A DNA stretch of 64,000 bases, from positions 1 to 64,000 of IMG/VR virus record IMGVR_UViG_3300025127_000013, one strand, 5' to 3'. A program made the translations under genes and the position numbers. The notes beneath the pieces are model-generated. The model made no database searches and was not told the DNA's origin. It saw only the letters and a program-made list of their open reading frames with translations. The first letter of the stretch is position 1; the number at the start of each line of letters is the position of its first letter. This DNA comes from a virus. This document shows, in pieces, positions 15,877 through 26,563 of the stretch.

Positions 15877-15893
15877 TTTCAAATGGTTATAAT
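15866..15893 (+). promoter_or_regulatory. Sigma70-type promoter
   Basis: TTGACA-16 nt-TATAAT. Confidence 0.7.
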
Positions 15894-15915
15894 ATAACTT
15901 AATATTGGAATAAAT

Positions 15916-16677
15916 ATGAAACACATCTCCTATTCTGAGTTAAAAGACTGGGCTCATTGTCCTTTCTATCACAAGCTTACACGAATTGATGGAATCGACG
16001 GTTTCACAGGAAATGAATATACTGCTTTCGGTTCTGCTATTCATTCTGTGTGTGAGAAAAAATTACTGAATGAAGAAGTGGAGGAAGATTTTTTTGTCCG
16101 TGAATTAAAAAAGAATATTTCTGAACTTGATGATGAAGTAGATTTAAAAACTATCCATCAGATGATGAAACAGGGTAATAAAATCATTCCTGAAATTGAT
16201 GATGCATTGTCAGATTACTTTGAGGAATACGAAGTGCTGGCCGTCGAATTACCGCTATATGAGCCTATGGAAAATGAAAATTTTCGTTTTAAAGGTTACA
16301 TTGATGCAGTTGTTGCTACCCCAGACGGTAAAGTGCATATTTTCGACTGGAAGACTTGTTCATGGGGCTGGGACTCACGAAAGCGGAGTGACAAAATGGT
16401 TACTTATCAATTGACTTTGTATAAACACTTTTTCTGCCAGAAGATGTCAATTGAACCAAAAAATGTAGAAACTCACTTTGCTCTGCTTAAAAGAACAGCT
16501 AAAAATAATCATGTAGAATTTTTTAGAGTTACAAGTGGGTCAAAAAAGACTGAAAATGCACTTAAACTTTTAAATACTGCAATATACAATATTGAAAATG
16601 AAAGGTATATTAAGAATCGCCTTTCGTGCACATCCGGCTACGGATGCAAATTTTATAAGACAGAACACTGTCCATGA
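15916..16677 (+). CDS. PD-(D/E)XK Cas4/AddB-like exonuclease with 4-Cys Fe-S staple
   Basis: ISYS...HCP; FGSAIH; GYIDAV...IFDWKT; QLTLY; C-terminal CTSGYGCKFYKTEHCP. Confidence 0.85.
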   Translation: MKHISYSELKDWAHCPFYHKLTRIDGIDGFTGNEYTAFGSAIHSVCEKKLLNEEVEEDFFVRELKKNISELDDEVDLKTIHQMMKQGNKIIPEIDDALSDYFEEYEVLAVELPLYEPMENENFRFKGYIDAVVATPDGKVHIFDWKTCSWGWDSRKRSDKMVTYQLTLYKHFFCQKMSIEPKNVETHFALLKRTAKNNHVEFFRVTSGSKKTENALKLLNTAIYNIENERYIKNRLSCTSGYGCKFYKTEHCP

Positions 16678-16684
16678 GGAATAA

Positions 16685-17968
16685 ATGAAAAAAACTAAAA
16701 TTCTTACCATATCTGACCACCCTCTTTCACCTTCAGGGGTAGGAACACAAACAAGATATTTTATTGAAGCACTTTTAAAAACTGGTAGATATCAGTTTGT
16801 TTGTCTTGGTGGGGCAATTAAGCACAACGACTACACTCCTGTAAATGTTGATCCCCATGGGGAAGATTGGAGAATTATTCCAGTCGATACCTATGGAACA
16901 CCTGATATTATTCGGTCTATTTTGCAAAATGAACGACCGGATGTCTTGTGGTTTATGACGGATCCGCGGTTTTACGAGTGGTTGTGGGAAATGGACAATG
17001 AAATTAGATCACTTGTGCCAATGGTTTATTATCATGTGTGGGATAACTTCCCAGCACCTGAGTTTAACGGTAAGTGGTATCGCTCAACCGACGAAATTGT
17101 AGCAATTTCAAAAGTGACATATGGTTGTGTTAAAGAAGTAGTACCTGAAGCTTCTCTAAATTATATCCCACATGCAGTTCCAACACAATTTTTTCACCCT
17201 GCCACAAGTAACGATGAAAAAAGCAAAGCTTCAACTTTAAGACATAATATAATTAATACATCCACCGAGTTCAATAATCCAAAAAAGAAGATATTTTTCT
17301 GGAACAGTAGAAATGCAAGAAGAAAGCTAAGTGGTACACTTATTTGGTGGTTTAAAGAATTACTAGATGAAATCGGACATGATAAAGCCTCGCTACTCAT
17401 GCATACAGATGCTAGAGATCAGCATGGCCAAGACTTGCCTCATATTATGGAGAGATTGGGCTTAACCGATGGTCAAGTGTTGCTATCAACGAATAAAGTT
17501 AGTCCAGAAGAGTTGGCACACATGTATCGTGCAGCGGACTACACTATTGGCATTAGCGATGCTGAAGGTTTTGGTTTGTCAACTCTTGAATCATTGACAT
17601 GCGGAACTCCAATTATTGCAAACATGACAGGTGGCCTCCAAGAACAGGTAACTGATGGTACAAACTGGTTTGGTTGGGGCATTGAGCCTGTAAGTAAAAC
17701 TGTTATTGGCTCTTTACAAGTGCCATATATCTATGAAGATAGAATCTCACAAAAAGATTTTAATGCAACAATGAAAAAAGCAATAAAATTAAGCAAACCA
17801 AAATACCAAAAGCTTTCAAAGATGTGCTTGCAGCATGTTAAGGATAATTATAGCTTTGAAAAATTTGAACAATCTTGGATTAATTTAATCGATGAAATTG
17901 TAGAGAAACATGGTTCTTGGGAAACTAGAAAAAATTATGATCGTTGGACACTATTGGAGGTGGCATAA
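16685..17968 (+). CDS. Glycosyltransferase, GT4-like (GT-B)
   Basis: RNARRK; EGFGLSTLESLTCGTPII (EX7E). Confidence 0.9.
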   Translation: MKKTKILTISDHPLSPSGVGTQTRYFIEALLKTGRYQFVCLGGAIKHNDYTPVNVDPHGEDWRIIPVDTYGTPDIIRSILQNERPDVLWFMTDPRFYEWLWEMDNEIRSLVPMVYYHVWDNFPAPEFNGKWYRSTDEIVAISKVTYGCVKEVVPEASLNYIPHAVPTQFFHPATSNDEKSKASTLRHNIINTSTEFNNPKKKIFFWNSRNARRKLSGTLIWWFKELLDEIGHDKASLLMHTDARDQHGQDLPHIMERLGLTDGQVLLSTNKVSPEELAHMYRAADYTIGISDAEGFGLSTLESLTCGTPIIANMTGGLQEQVTDGTNWFGWGIEPVSKTVIGSLQVPYIYEDRISQKDFNATMKKAIKLSKPKYQKLSKMCLQHVKDNYSFEKFEQSWINLIDEIVEKHGSWETRKNYDRWTLLEVA

Positions 17969-19221
17969 TGCTTCAGAAAATAATTTTAACAGCACCAGTG
18001 CTGACTCGCTCAGGTTATGGCGAACAATCAAGATTTGCCTTAAGAGCACTCAGGTCACGACCTGATTTATTTGATATTTATATTCATCCTTTAGAATGGG
18101 GTAAAACTTCTTGGCTTAGTGAAGATAATGAGGAAAGAAAATGGATTGATCAAACAATCCAAAAAACAATTGATTTTCTTCAAGTAAATAACAGTGCAGA
18201 TAATAACTTGTTTGATGTATCACTACAGGTCACTATTCCAAATGAGTGGCAAGATATTGCTAAGCATAATGTTGGTTATACTGCTGGTATTGAAACAACA
18301 AAGGTGGCACACGAGTGGTTACTAAAAGGTAACGAAATGGACAGTATTATTGTTGTTTCTGATCATTCTAAGAATGTGTATAGAAATACAGTCTATGATG
18401 CACACAATCAACAAACAGGCGAAGATATTACATTATCATTGAGCACTCAAGTTTCTACAGTCAATTACCCTGTAAAAACATATGATAATTTAGAAGCTCT
18501 TGAGCTTAACTTAAAACATGATTTTAATTTTGTTACCGTTGCACAGATGGGCCCAAGAAAAAACATTGATAATACCATTAATTGGTTTTTACAAGAGTTT
18601 CACGATGATGAAGTTGGATTAGTGGTAAAGACAAATGTTGCTAAAAATTGTCAACTTGATAAAGAAATAGTCCACGGCTCGTTGATCAGGCTTATTAGGG
18701 CTCATGATGCTACTAATGAAAACAGAAAATGTAAACTTTATTTGCTTCATGGTGACTTAACAGATCAAGAAATGCACGAACTATATTTGAACCCAAAAAT
18801 TAAAGCGACCCTTTGTTTAACACACGGTGAAGGATTTGGTTTACCAATGTTTGAATCAGCTTACATGGGTATTCCAGTTGTTGCTACGGATTGGTCCGGT
18901 CAGCTAGATTTTCTCTGTGATGCAGAAAAAAGAACAAAATTTTACAATGTTGGCTTTGATTTACAGCCAGTTCCTGATGAAATATTATGGGATGGTGTGA
19001 TTGTAAAAGGTTCCATGTGGGCAGTGCCAAGAGAAAACTCTGCAAAGTATAACATGAGGCTATGCTATGATGAAGTTACCGATGGAACTAACACTGCTTG
19101 CGAATATTCAAAAGAACTTTGTGAGAGGTTTTCAGAAGACAAGATGTATGCAGCTTTTATTGAAGCTATGAATTTGCCAATTGTACAAACTCCAGAATCA
19201 GAATTGGTAGAATTTGAATGA
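17968..19221 (+). CDS. Glycosyltransferase, GT4-like (GT-B)
   Basis: Start at TAATG 17968; SGYG; PRKN; GEGFGLPMFESAYMGIPVVATDWSG. Confidence 0.9.
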   Translation: MLQKIILTAPVLTRSGYGEQSRFALRALRSRPDLFDIYIHPLEWGKTSWLSEDNEERKWIDQTIQKTIDFLQVNNSADNNLFDVSLQVTIPNEWQDIAKHNVGYTAGIETTKVAHEWLLKGNEMDSIIVVSDHSKNVYRNTVYDAHNQQTGEDITLSLSTQVSTVNYPVKTYDNLEALELNLKHDFNFVTVAQMGPRKNIDNTINWFLQEFHDDEVGLVVKTNVAKNCQLDKEIVHGSLIRLIRAHDATNENRKCKLYLLHGDLTDQEMHELYLNPKIKATLCLTHGEGFGLPMFESAYMGIPVVATDWSGQLDFLCDAEKRTKFYNVGFDLQPVPDEILWDGVIVKGSMWAVPRENSAKYNMRLCYDEVTDGTNTACEYSKELCERFSEDKMYAAFIEAMNLPIVQTPESELVEFE

Positions 19222-20831
19222 GTAAGTTAGTTTATGTCAGCGATTTTTTTGTTGAGCACATCGCCGGCGGTGCTGAGATAAACGATTCTATATTATTAGA
19301 GAATCTATCAAAAGATATAAAAGTAGTCAAGTTTTTATCTCGTGAATTTACTAGCAAACATGTAAATTTATATCTTAAAAGTGGCTTTAAGTTTCTAATA
19401 TCAAATTTTGCTACTCTTGATGTTAGTACAATGCAGGAGTTAGTAAATAATCCCAAGTGTTATTCTATAATCGAACACGACCACAAGTATTTAAAACATA
19501 GAAATCCATCAATATATAAAGACATGCTTGCACCACCGCAGGATATTATAAATAGAATATTGTATGCTAATGCCGCTTGTGTATTCGCACAGTCTAATAT
19601 ACACAAACAAGTTATTCAAAGAAACTTAAAAATTTCTAATGTTATAAATCTTGGTATGAGTTTGTGGTCAGATGAACAATTATCAATAATTGAAGAAAAC
19701 TACAGCGATGTAAAAAAACCGGGCTGTTCTATAGTGAACAGTCAAAATCCAACTAAAAATACAGCAGGAACAATTCAGTTCTGTGAAACCAATAATATTG
19801 AATATAATTTAATTGGTTCTCCCTCTTACGAGGAGTTTATAAAACAACTGTCTGAATATGAAAGATATGTTTACATGCCAATTGTTCTTGAAACCTTTAA
19901 TAGAGTTATAATTGAAGCTAGAATGTTGGGATGCAAAATCTCATCTACTAATTTAAATGGATGCTTTTCTGAAGATTGGTTTTCAAAGTACAAGGGTAAA
20001 GAATTAATTGAGTATGTCCGACAGCAGCGACAAAGAGTTGTTAATGAAGTTTCTAGCGGTATATTTGACGATTCAGATACCAAAGAAAAGTCAGACATTA
20101 CAGTTATTTTAAACGGGTACAGAAGACCATATAATCTTAAAATGCAAGTTGATGCATTAAGAAGCCAAACAAATCCTCCAAAGCAAATTTGGCTGTGGAT
20201 TAATGATCATGAAGACAATCATGGTTTTGATTTTGAATCTATTGGAGTAGATAGAATATTTCACAATGACTATAATTGGAAGTTCTATGGCCGCTTTGCT
20301 GCAGCACTTTTAGCAGACACCGAGTATATTGCAATCTATGATGATGATACAGTGCCCGGCAAAAGGTGGCATGAAAATTGTTTAAAAACTATGGGTACCC
20401 ACGAGGGTATTCTTGGTTCAGCCGGCATCATACTCAATGGTTCACGATATGTGCAACACGACAGGTGCGGCTGGCCAACACAAAATTCAACCACAACTGA
20501 AGTTGATTTAGTTGGCCATGCTTGGTTTTTTAAACGAGAGTGGTTACGATATCTCTGGCAAGAAAAACCTGTCACTTGGGATAATGGAGAAGATATCCAG
20601 TTTGCTTTTATGGCAAAAATCCATGGGGGTATACCAACATATTGTCCGCCACATCCGCCCGAAGATATTGATTTGCATGGTTCTATACTTGGGAATGAAT
20701 TAGGTATAGACAATAAAGCAACATCAACCAATTCTGCTGTTTCGCATCAACAATTTTTCTCCGAAAGAGATATGTGTGTGCAAACAGGACTACAAAAAGG
20801 CTGGAAAACAGTCAATAATATAACATTATGA
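19218..20831 (+). CDS. Fused GT-B-like + GT-A (GT2-like) glycosyltransferase
   Basis: N-half GGAE...ETFNRVIIEARMLGC; C-half ITVILNGYRRP...YIAIYDDD...GEDI. Confidence 0.8.
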   Translation: MSKLVYVSDFFVEHIAGGAEINDSILLENLSKDIKVVKFLSREFTSKHVNLYLKSGFKFLISNFATLDVSTMQELVNNPKCYSIIEHDHKYLKHRNPSIYKDMLAPPQDIINRILYANAACVFAQSNIHKQVIQRNLKISNVINLGMSLWSDEQLSIIEENYSDVKKPGCSIVNSQNPTKNTAGTIQFCETNNIEYNLIGSPSYEEFIKQLSEYERYVYMPIVLETFNRVIIEARMLGCKISSTNLNGCFSEDWFSKYKGKELIEYVRQQRQRVVNEVSSGIFDDSDTKEKSDITVILNGYRRPYNLKMQVDALRSQTNPPKQIWLWINDHEDNHGFDFESIGVDRIFHNDYNWKFYGRFAAALLADTEYIAIYDDDTVPGKRWHENCLKTMGTHEGILGSAGIILNGSRYVQHDRCGWPTQNSTTTEVDLVGHAWFFKREWLRYLWQEKPVTWDNGEDIQFAFMAKIHGGIPTYCPPHPPEDIDLHGSILGNELGIDNKATSTNSAVSHQQFFSERDMCVQTGLQKGWKTVNNITL

Positions 20832-21814
20832 TACTGATTAGTTTTGGAACTCGACCTGAGTTTATTAAAATAAAACCTCTTATCGAGGCATTTAAAGATA
20901 GGATACCTTTCAAGTTACTTTTTACCGGTCAACATGTTGATTTGTTGTCCGATGTAGAGGGTGACATTCACAAGCTGACGATTGAAGATGGTTCAAATAG
21001 GCTTGATTCGATTGTTTCCTCGATGATGAACAACGATACTATTTTTGAAGGTGTGGAGGCAGTGTTGGTTCAGGGTGATACAACATCAGTTTTTGCTGTT
21101 GCATTGGCTGCATTTCATAGAAGAATAAAAATTATACACCTTGAGGCTGGATTAAGAACATTCAACAAATATCATCCATACCCTGAAGAGTTTAATCGTC
21201 GTGCTGTCTCTGTCATGGCTGATATCCATCTATCACCAACAGAACTTTGCACTGAAAACCTTAATAAAGAAAGGGTCGATGGAAAGATTTTTACGGTTGG
21301 CAATACTGTGCTGGATAATTTGGTAGATATACAACCCGAATACACAAACAAAGTTGTCATTACAATGCACCGAAGAGAAAACCATCACATTATACCAGAA
21401 TGGTTTGCTGCATTTGATAGACTTGCACTTGAAAATCCACAGTATGAATTTATTATTCCTTTGCACCCTAATCCGAATGTTCAAAAGCACAAAGACTTGT
21501 TAAAGCATGTCAAAGTTGTTGAGCCTATGCAATATGCAGAGTTTATTAAGTTACTATCACAAGCTCGTTTAGTTATTACAGATAGTGGCGGACTGCAGGA
21601 AGAATCGTCGTTCTTTAAGAAAAAGTGTATAGTTTGTAGGCAGGCTACAGAAAGGGTTGAAGGTATGGGAACATTTGCATTTATGTCATCACCAGATAGA
21701 GTAGAGAACGATTTTTATTCTATGATTGATGACTATATTCCCGATGATACATGTCCTTATGGAGATGGACACAGTGCAGAAAGAATCACAAATATTCTTT
21801 TAGAGGAATTATGA
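20828..21814 (+). CDS. wecB: UDP-N-acetylglucosamine 2-epimerase (non-hydrolysing)
   Basis: GTRPEFIK, TGQH, VQGDT, HLEAGLR, PYPEE, HRREN, DSGGLQEE, PYGDG. Confidence 0.95.
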   Translation: MILISFGTRPEFIKIKPLIEAFKDRIPFKLLFTGQHVDLLSDVEGDIHKLTIEDGSNRLDSIVSSMMNNDTIFEGVEAVLVQGDTTSVFAVALAAFHRRIKIIHLEAGLRTFNKYHPYPEEFNRRAVSVMADIHLSPTELCTENLNKERVDGKIFTVGNTVLDNLVDIQPEYTNKVVITMHRRENHHIIPEWFAAFDRLALENPQYEFIIPLHPNPNVQKHKDLLKHVKVVEPMQYAEFIKLLSQARLVITDSGGLQEESSFFKKKCIVCRQATERVEGMGTFAFMSSPDRVENDFYSMIDDYIPDDTCPYGDGHSAERITNILLEEL

Positions 21815-22614
21815 AAGACTTTACCAATGCCTTCAATACTCTGCTGCACAAGTTAGAAAATAAAGAAAATTTTGCTTTTACTCGGTTTTCTGATGGTGAA
21901 CTTTTTATCTTGCAAAATAAAACAGTTATATTAGCTGAGGACCATTATGTAACCGGTGATGTTAAGGGGTCTAATGTTTACACTAAAGAAGAGCAAAAGG
22001 AATTCTTACCTGAACAACATGGTTTTTTTCGTGATAAGCTAATGGAATGTTATCTTCACAATCAAGATAATTTTTACAAAGGTATATGCACTGGAACTGA
22101 TCCGCATGTTGGAAATGAAAATTTTAAATGGATGATAGAAAAGCACGGTGGTGATCATGATAACTTAACATTTTCTAATCTTTTAATAAATGCAAATTAT
22201 AAAAGATTCATTGAAGAAATGGTGCCCATGTTGGTTGACAGAAATGTAATTTATGTTGCAAATGAGAATGCAAATATACTAAAACTACCGTTTGATGTAG
22301 AAAAGCATTTCACTGTTGGTTCAAATTGTATGATAAATGATTATAACTTAGCTGAAGAAATAAAAAAATATATTGACGATAACAACCTGAAAGATTATAT
22401 TGTTCTATGTTCTGCTGCTAGTTTAAGCAATGTCGTGACTTACGAGTGTTTTAAAGATAATCCAAATAATACATTTCTTGATGTTGGAAGCTGTTTAAAT
22501 CCATTGCTAGATCTAGAAGGGTGGAAATACACCAGAGGTTACCTAACCAGCTATTGGCTTAATTCTAATAGCCCATTTGGTACACAGGTAGATGTATGGC
22601 AGAGTACAAATTAG
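21811..22614 (+). CDS. GT-D-fold-like glycosyltransferase
   Basis: FTRFSDGE and LDVGS motifs similar to DUF1792/GT-D. Confidence 0.6.
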   Translation: MKDFTNAFNTLLHKLENKENFAFTRFSDGELFILQNKTVILAEDHYVTGDVKGSNVYTKEEQKEFLPEQHGFFRDKLMECYLHNQDNFYKGICTGTDPHVGNENFKWMIEKHGGDHDNLTFSNLLINANYKRFIEEMVPMLVDRNVIYVANENANILKLPFDVEKHFTVGSNCMINDYNLAEEIKKYIDDNNLKDYIVLCSAASLSNVVTYECFKDNPNNTFLDVGSCLNPLLDLEGWKYTRGYLTSYWLNSNSPFGTQVDVWQSTN

Positions 22615-22997
22615 TAAATAACAACCCTTCTTACTGGGAATTTATTCGTGAGCTAAGGACCATGGAAGGTGTTCGAGAAGGATTTATTTCACAAACTGAA
22701 ATTACTCCTATTGAGCAAGCTACTTATATGCTAAAATATAATTCTAACTATTGGATATGTTTGGATGACAAAACTCCTGCAGGTTATGTTGGAGTAATAG
22801 ACGATGATATTAGGGTAGCAACTCACCCAGACTATCAAGGCAAAGGTGTTGGAACATTTATGATTAATGAAATTATGAAACTAATACCAACAGCGATAGC
22901 AAGAGTTAAATTAAACAATGAAGCCAGTGTAAAACTATTTGAAAGATGTGGCTTTAAAAAGAAATACTATATTTTGGAAAGAGATAATGAGACATAA
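22596..22997 (+). CDS. GNAT N-acetyltransferase (PseH-like)
   Basis: HPDYQGKGVG acetyl-CoA motif; NEASVKLFERCGF. Confidence 0.85.
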   Translation: MAEYKLVNNNPSYWEFIRELRTMEGVREGFISQTEITPIEQATYMLKYNSNYWICLDDKTPAGYVGVIDDDIRVATHPDYQGKGVGTFMINEIMKLIPTAIARVKLNNEASVKLFERCGFKKKYYILERDNET

Positions 22998-23601
22998 CCC
23001 ATATAAAATTGTAAAAATGTTTGAAGAGACCGTAGCCGACTATTGCGGCTCTAAGTATGCAGTATCGACTGACAATTGCACTGATGCTCTTCTTTTATGT
23101 TGTGAGTACTTGGGGGTCAAGGAAGTTGTAATACCCGCTAGAACATACCTGTCGGTCCCGCAATCTATCATGCATGCCGGCGGCACTGTAAAGTTTAAAG
23201 ACTACAGGTGGAAAGGCATATATCAACTTGAGCCATATCCAATTTATGATGCAGCTAAAAGATTTACAAGTGATATGTATATTCCCGACTCTTTTATGTG
23301 TTTATCGTTCCATATCAAAAAGCATTTGAAGATTGGAAAGGGCGGTATGATTCTTACCGACGATGCTGATGCTGCAGCATGGTTTAGAAAAGGTCGCTAT
23401 GAAGGCCGCGGCGAAGTTATGTATCATGAAGACAACATACAGATTAACGGATGGAATGCATACATGACTCCTGAGCAAGCAGCCCGTGGTTTGATGTTAA
23501 TGCAAAACTACCCAGATCATATGGAAGACTTGCCCGAAGAACCATTCTACAGAGATTTAAGAGAATTTGACTTGTTTAAGGATGTAGAGGTGATAGAATG
23601 A
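22987..23601 (+). CDS. Compact DegT/DnrJ/EryC1 sugar aminotransferase (204 aa)
   Basis: FEETVADY...NCTDAL; IYDAA; SFHIKKHLKIGKGGMILTDD containing the PLP lysine. Confidence 0.85.
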   Translation: MRHNPYKIVKMFEETVADYCGSKYAVSTDNCTDALLLCCEYLGVKEVVIPARTYLSVPQSIMHAGGTVKFKDYRWKGIYQLEPYPIYDAAKRFTSDMYIPDSFMCLSFHIKKHLKIGKGGMILTDDADAAAWFRKGRYEGRGEVMYHEDNIQINGWNAYMTPEQAARGLMLMQNYPDHMEDLPEEPFYRDLREFDLFKDVEVIE

Positions 23602-24428
23602 AGATCGCACTGTGCTTACATGGCTACTTTGCTAATGCAGAGGGGTATGAAGAATCTATTGAGGCTCACAAATACTTAAAAAGAAAAGTACTTGATGGCA
23701 ATGATGTAGATGTTTTTATACACAGTTGGGATCTTGAAAACGAAAAAAAAGTATTGTCATTGTACAATCCAAAAAAGTATAATTTTGAAAAGCAATTAGA
23801 TTTTAAAGAAGAATTAGAAAAAATTAATATTGACAATGAGGAATATAAAAGTTCGTATGGCAATACCATATTTAGAACATTGAGTTTTTTGTATTCAAGA
23901 ATGATGGCCGTGAAAATTAAAAGTGATTATGAAGAAGAAAAAAAATTCAAATATGATTGTGTAATATTAGCAAGATTTGATATTTCAAGAAGGGGTCTTA
24001 AACATCATCAAACATTTTATGTAACAAAAATGAACTTTAATCCAAATTTTGACATGCAATATGTATACTCTGCTTTCTGGCCTCAATTAAATCATGGATA
24101 TGCCGACCACTGGTTCTACTCATGTTCTGAAAACATTGACACTGTTGCAAATTTATATTATGATGTCTTTGAACATTATCAATCAAATAGCGATTATGAA
24201 AAAGCTGTATTAAACGGATGGCCTGAAAGCTGTAAATATCATCAAGATACCAATGAATTTTTAAAACCTGAAAAATACAGATCTAAAGAACTTAAATGTT
24301 GGACTAAAGATAGACTTATAGATAACCATAAGCTTTATAAATGGCATTTTATGAAAACCGGTTTGCATCAAAAGTCTAAATTTGTTGATATTACAACTGA
24401 TACTGATAACCCAAGGCTTATGAACTAA
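23598..24428 (+). CDS. Glycan-cluster hypothetical protein (putative transferase)
   Basis: MKIALCLHG...DVFIHSW...YDCVILARFD pattern common in glycan loci. Confidence 0.6.
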   Translation: MKIALCLHGYFANAEGYEESIEAHKYLKRKVLDGNDVDVFIHSWDLENEKKVLSLYNPKKYNFEKQLDFKEELEKINIDNEEYKSSYGNTIFRTLSFLYSRMMAVKIKSDYEEEKKFKYDCVILARFDISRRGLKHHQTFYVTKMNFNPNFDMQYVYSAFWPQLNHGYADHWFYSCSENIDTVANLYYDVFEHYQSNSDYEKAVLNGWPESCKYHQDTNEFLKPEKYRSKELKCWTKDRLIDNHKLYKWHFMKTGLHQKSKFVDITTDTDNPRLMN

Positions 24429-24431
24429 TCT

Positions 24432-25157
24432 ATGAACAAAGAAACCGCTATTATTATGTACAGTCACAGCAGTTACTCTGATGTATGGGGTATGTTTATG
24501 GGACAAATTGATAAGTATTTTTCTAATGATGTAAAAAAATATGCATTTGTTGATGATGATAAGGGTCTTATTGACAATAATTGGAACATAGTTTTGTATG
24601 ATGATTCTATGTCGTATGATGTTAGATTTAGCACATGTTTAGAAAGTGTAAAAGAGCAGTATTGTATCTTTCATCATGAAGATATGCCCTTAATAACTAA
24701 GCCTAATATTGAAGAATTGGAACGGTGCCACGGAATATTAAAAAACGAACCAGAGTTAGATTATATAAAGCTGATTAAGGGTGGAGAAATTAGAGATATA
24801 CCGTATAAAGAATACAACAACTTATATGATATACCACACAATTCTGCATGCATATTTGCCGTACAGCCGACCATATGGAAAACTGATAAATTAAAAATTG
24901 TTTACAACAATACAAAAACAAATCACATTAGAGAATTTGAACCCAAAAGTCAAACTACTTGTGTTGAAAATTCGATACATGGAGCTTATTATTTCAATTC
25001 TGAAGTTGATTTAAAAAGAGGTGGCACTCATTATGATTCATCAATTTATCCATATGTTGCCACGGCCATAGTAAAGGGAAGATGGAATTTAGCTGAGTAT
25101 TATGTTGAAATATCAAACTTGGCAAGAGAATATAAAGTTAATCTTGGAGATAGATAA
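24432..25157 (+). CDS. Putative GT-A glycosyltransferase
   Basis: YSDVW...CIFHHEDM...QPTIWK...AIVKGRW. Confidence 0.55.
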   Translation: MNKETAIIMYSHSSYSDVWGMFMGQIDKYFSNDVKKYAFVDDDKGLIDNNWNIVLYDDSMSYDVRFSTCLESVKEQYCIFHHEDMPLITKPNIEELERCHGILKNEPELDYIKLIKGGEIRDIPYKEYNNLYDIPHNSACIFAVQPTIWKTDKLKIVYNNTKTNHIREFEPKSQTTCVENSIHGAYYFNSEVDLKRGGTHYDSSIYPYVATAIVKGRWNLAEYYVEISNLAREYKVNLGDR

Positions 25158-25681
25158 TGATTAAATTAGTGATATTAGATGTCGATGGTGTAATGACAGA
25201 TGGTCGAAAATACTATGATCACACTGGCATGCCCGTTGCAAAGACATACTGTGACAAAGATTTTACCGCTATTAAAAGACTCCGCGGAGCAGGAGTAAAG
25301 GTTTGTATTCTCTCCGGAGATGATTTTGTCAACAAAGCGATGGCCCATAATAGAAATATAGATTTTTATTCTGCTAGAGGTAAAGATAAGGCTGCTTTTG
25401 TACCTCGTTTTATTTACAATTATGATGTTGATGCGAAAGACATGGCATACATCGGCGATGACTTATTTGATAAAAGTGTAATGGAAGCTGTTGGTCATGC
25501 ATTCTGTCCAGCAGATGCCTGTGCAGACATTATTGAGTTGTGCGGCCCCTCAAATACATTGCCACAAAATGGTGGCTGCAATGTGGTTGCTGGCATGGTC
25601 GATACGATGTTAAAGAGAGGCTTGATACCAGATGCCACAATGAAACAAATTGAAGAGTTAGATAAAAACGAGAGGTTTTAG
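25157..25681 (+). CDS. KdsC/YrbI-like HAD phosphatase
   Basis: LDVDGVMTDG; YIGDDLFD; CPADA. Confidence 0.9.
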   Translation: MIKLVILDVDGVMTDGRKYYDHTGMPVAKTYCDKDFTAIKRLRGAGVKVCILSGDDFVNKAMAHNRNIDFYSARGKDKAAFVPRFIYNYDVDAKDMAYIGDDLFDKSVMEAVGHAFCPADACADIIELCGPSNTLPQNGGCNVVAGMVDTMLKRGLIPDATMKQIEELDKNERF

Positions 25682-26562
25682 TGAGCTTTGATTTAACAGT
25701 CTACGGTAATCTAATATTAGATAATACATTCTGTGTAGAACAATATGCTCATGAAGAATCAAATATTTGTACAGCCCGGCACATGTCTCCGGGTGCTTCT
25801 GCAAATGTGGTGAGTGCAATTAGCAGGCTTGATTCTGCTTTGAATGTTAACCTTAGTTCAATAATTGGCGATGACACTGCCGGCAGGTATATAGAGAAAT
25901 GGTTTTTAAACTTTAAAAAACTCAACCCAATTAACTTAAATTTAAATTTAGAAAAAACTAACCAAAACACATCCGAGGCTGTGATTATTTCAGACCTGTC
26001 AAATAAGTCCAGAAGTAGTATTGTAAATTGGGGTGCCTGTCAAGCACTAAAAAACTTAAAAAACTTTAACTCTAAGTGGTCACATATACTTTATCTTGAC
26101 AAGCTACCTAATTTGGATTTAAACAGTTTAAAGAATTTATCAGATGAAAGTATAATATCCGTAGACTTGTGTTCTTCTAATCAAAATTTAGAAACCAGAG
26201 AGACGATGATTTCTATGTTGCCGTATATTGATTATGTATTTGCTTCGTTTGAGGAAGGTTGTTGTTTAGCACAACAAGACAATCCTTATGATGCATCTCG
26301 CTTTATTGCTAAAAAAACGAGAGGCTGGTGTATTTTACACTCTCCAGATGGCAGTTACATATCAGAAGGCAGTCATCAAACAACAAAAAAATACAATGTC
26401 ACTGACAAAGTAACAGGGCCTGTCAATGTTTTAGGTGCTGGTGACAATCTTGCTACTGCTTTTATAGTTGACCAGATTAAAAGACAAAGCGAAGTAAGCG
26501 AGTCAATTAAGTTTGCACAAACACAAGCAACCGAATATATTAAAAATAACCAAAAGGAATAA
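25681..26562 (+). CDS. PfkB/ribokinase-family carbohydrate kinase
   Basis: PGASANV; IGDDTAG; NVLGAGDNL. Confidence 0.85.
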   Translation: MSFDLTVYGNLILDNTFCVEQYAHEESNICTARHMSPGASANVVSAISRLDSALNVNLSSIIGDDTAGRYIEKWFLNFKKLNPINLNLNLEKTNQNTSEAVIISDLSNKSRSSIVNWGACQALKNLKNFNSKWSHILYLDKLPNLDLNSLKNLSDESIISVDLCSSNQNLETRETMISMLPYIDYVFASFEEGCCLAQQDNPYDASRFIAKKTRGWCILHSPDGSYISEGSHQTTKKYNVTDKVTGPVNVLGAGDNLATAFIVDQIKRQSEVSESIKFAQTQATEYIKNNQKE

Positions 26563-26563
26563 A

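Noticed and set aside
15916-16677. CRISPR-Cas locus
   Set aside because: No cas1, cas2, effector genes or repeat-spacer array in the window
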